DNA of 64,000 nucleotides from the human T2T-CHM13v2.0 reference genome, Homo sapiens: the NCBI RefSeq assembly GCF_009914755.1, contig NC_060926.1, one strand, 5' to 3'. The translations under genes and the position numbers were made by a program. Each line of letters opens with the position of its first letter. The stretch's first letter is position 1. Positions 60,922 through 64,000 of this stretch are shown in pieces. Below the pieces are notes generated by a model that was given only the letters and a program-made list of their open reading frames with translations, was not told the origin of the DNA and searched no databases.

Positions 60922-63900
60922 TTAAATTCTTCTTAGCTTTAGTTTGGTAGGGTTTTCTCCTGGGCCTATGGCCCACGACTCTGGAGGGGGTGGTGCTTTC
61001 TTGACTTGAGTGTGGTGAGTCCATCCTCTCTCTGCTGAGCAGACTGTGGTTTCAGTAGTTAGGAGCACTACGTAAGGACCTTCCCAGGCTGGCTCTAGCT
61101 TCTCCTCTTTCCAGCTGTTGATGAGGACGTGATCCCCAGCCTGATGTTGATGTACTGGGAACTCCAAGGGTGGTGCCTGTGCTAATAGACCTTTAGTTTT
61201 AAAAGAAAAGAAAGTAGAAGATATATCAAGTATATAATTTTTAAGGAATTGATCTTTTGTTTCAAAGGTAAGAGTATCAGCAGTGGAGTGCAAATAAGGT
61301 AATCCATAGAGCATCTCATAAGGAGAAAGATGAATGTCTTTCCGTGGTGCAGTTAGAATTCTCAGCAGGGTGATAGGAAGACATTTGGTCCATGGCAATT
61401 GAGTTTCTAAGACTAATCTGGTTAAATGATTCTTTAGAGTCTGATTCATTCTTTCTACTCTCCCCGTTGAAGATAGGTACCAGGGAGTATGGTATTACCA
61501 TCTAATGTCTAATGTTTGGGATAGCTTTTTAATAATGTGTGTGGTGAAATGAGTTCCATTGTCTGAGTCAATATTTTCTATTAGTCCAAACCTGGGTACT
61601 ATATTTTCAATTAGGGCTTTAACTAGATTATTGGCTGTTGCATTTGAAAAGGGGGTAGCTTCAACCCAGTGAGTGAGGTGGTCTACTATCACTAGTAAAT
61701 ATTTTAGATGGCCTATTGGAGGCATTTCTGTGTAATCAACTTGGATATTTTGGAATGGCCTTAAGCCCAGATTCCTTCCCGTGAGAGGTAATATTTTTAT
61801 AGTATGTCTATTAGTTTTCTTACATAGTAAGCAACTATCTATAACCTGTTTGTCCAGGGTATAAATTCCTATACAATCATAAACTCTGAGAACTGCATCA
61901 CACATGGCCTGGGGTCCCCAGTGGGTCCCCTGATGTAGTTGGGATAAGACTTCCCTCATAGGGGTTTAGACATTTCTCTCTGGTCTGGCAGTATCCACTT
62001 TCCTTCTGAATTCTCTTTAGTACCTATTTTTATTAGTTTCTCTTTTTTCGGTGGAAAAGAAATGGGGATTATGGTAGGAGGAGGGAGGTAGGGAGTTAAG
62101 TAAAAAATGTGCATTTCAGAAGACATAGCAGCCTGCTTGGCTACCTGATCTGCTAGGTTATTTCCTCGACTTTCAAAAGAGAGACTTTTCTGGTGTCCAG
62201 GAACATGGACAATGGCTATTTCTTCCTGCAACTGAAGATTATTCAATACTTGGGTGATCAGCTCCTTGTGAACAAGGTCTTGACCTTTACTATTAATGAG
62301 ATCTCATTCAGTCCAAATTTTCCCAAACGTATGGGCCACCACAAAGGCATACCTTGAATCTGTATAGATGGTTCCTTCCTGGTTCTGTAAGTACTTTAAT
62401 GCTTGCCTGAGTGCAAATAGCTCACACATTTGAGCAGACCAACTGTTGAGCATTTTTCCTGACTCTCTTTCTACAAGAGTTTCTCCATCAGTCACTGAAT
62501 ACCCATTGTGTCTTTTTCCCTTAGTCACCCGGGAAGAACCATCTATGAATAAGTGCTGTCCAGTCCAGAAGGGAGTTTCTCCTAAGTCTGGTTGAACCTT
62601 CGTATGGTAATCAATTAAATCTAAACATGTGTGTTCCCTCCTTAGATTTGGATTCTCTGTTAGGAAACCTGCTGGGTTGAGTGAATTATCAGTGGTCAAT
62701 GTTAAATCATCCTTTTCTAACAAAATGGTCATCCTTTAAGATTCTCGAGTTAGTAAGCCATCTCCCTACTCTTTGGTTTAAGATAGTTCTAACTTGGTGA
62801 GGCATGCTGTTGATTTTCCTCCAAAGATTAACTTTCCGCTTTCCTCGACTAGCATTGCCGTAGCCGCGATGGACTGGATGCATTGAGGCCATCCACAAGT
62901 GACTGGGTCTAAGACCTTTGATAGGAAGGCTACAGGCTGCTGGCGATGTCTGTGTTCTTGAGTCAGCACTCCTAAAGCTACCCCACTGTCCACATTAACA
63001 AAAAGGTGGAATGGCTTTTCTAGGGAGGGTAAGGCTAAAACGGGAGCCGTTATGAGCCTTTCCTTCAGCTTCTCAACCTGATCAACTTCCTCAGAAGACC
63101 ACAGGAGATGGTTAGGCCTTTCCTGGGCAAGTTTTTGATATAACAGTTTACTGTGCAGTGCATATGAGTCAATCCGTAAGCGGCAGTATCCAACTAACCC
63201 TAAAAATTTCCTGAGGTCTTGTTTAGTTTGAGGCAAGGGTAGGGACAGGATTCCCTCAATTTGTTCAGGCCCTATTCTTCACTTGCCTGCACTTATTAAG
63301 TGGCCTAAATATTTAACTTTAGGCTCTACATACTGAAGCTTTCTTTCTGAGACTCATAGCCCCTCAAACTGCAGATGGTTAAGAATATGTGTAGAGAAGT
63401 CAGTTACCTTCTCTATATCTTTACCAGAGATAAGAATGTTGTCCACGTACTGAAGAAGGCATATTTTTTCTGGGATGACAACTTTTTCTAGTGCTGTTCT
63501 AAAATTTGGCCAAAAATATTAGGGGAGCCTGTGATCCCTTGGGGCAAGACTGTCCATCGATATTCTTGTTTCCACCCTGAGGAGGGATCCTCCCACTCAA
63601 AAGGAAATATATCTTGGCTATCTTCAGCCAGCAGACATGCCCAAAAAACATCCTTCAAATCTATTGCAGTGAACCATTGATGATTATATGGAATCTTGCT
63701 AAGAATGGTGTAAGGATTGGGGACAATGGGGTTGGTAGTCTGGACTATTTGGTTGATCACTCTAAGGTCCTGTACTAGCTGGTATGACCTGTCTGATTTC
63801 TTGACTGGCAGTATTGGGGTGTTATAAGGGGGTATACAGGGCTTGAGAAGCCTGTCCTTAAAAAGGCCTTTGATTATAGGTTTTAACCCTATCCTACCTT

Positions 63901-64000
63901 CTAGGGGAATAGGGTATTGCTTTCTTCTTACTACTTCTTCCGGGGTGTTTAGCTTGATGTGGAAAGGAGGGACTTGGAGCTTCCCTCAGTTTCCTTCTTT
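60922..64000 (-). pseudogene. pol: HERV-I (HERVIP10F) pol (RT, RNase H, integrase), disrupted, runs off the window
   Basis: RT motifs AIDLKDVF and LPQG, YVDN at 63438-63449 (YXDD mutated); LRKFLGLVGYCR; RNase H FIDGSS; integrase HHCC, QVDY/DSDNG/ERMNQ, WEGPY. Confidence 0.93.

Overview
This is AT-rich, CpG-poor, repeat-dense primate genomic DNA, almost certainly human because it carries an L1HS-Ta and an AluYa5. I find no supportable cellular protein-coding exon, RNA gene or CpG island. Every recognisable ORF is derived from a transposon (L1 ORF1/ORF2, Tigger1 transposase, HERV-I pol/env). Main content: ancient MIR/L2/MER5/MLT elements (0-16 kb); a young composite of a full-length AluYa5 and a 5'-inverted L1HS Ta-0 inside one 15-bp target-site duplication (16181-18479); an AluS split by an L1PA4 (26.4-28.1 kb); Tigger1 with a nested Alu; a near-full-length L1MA2 interrupted by THE1B and by an L1PA7 with an atypical ~455-bp inverted duplication and a deletion (42.4-52.6 kb); a palindrome/AP-1/EBF motif cluster (~53 kb); and a minus-strand nest of ERV LTRs ending in a decayed HERVIP10F provirus that runs off the window. 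I see no evidence of a new multi-gene system; the most novel items are the insertion architectures. Subfamily calls come from recalled consensus sequences, not from a RepeatMasker run.
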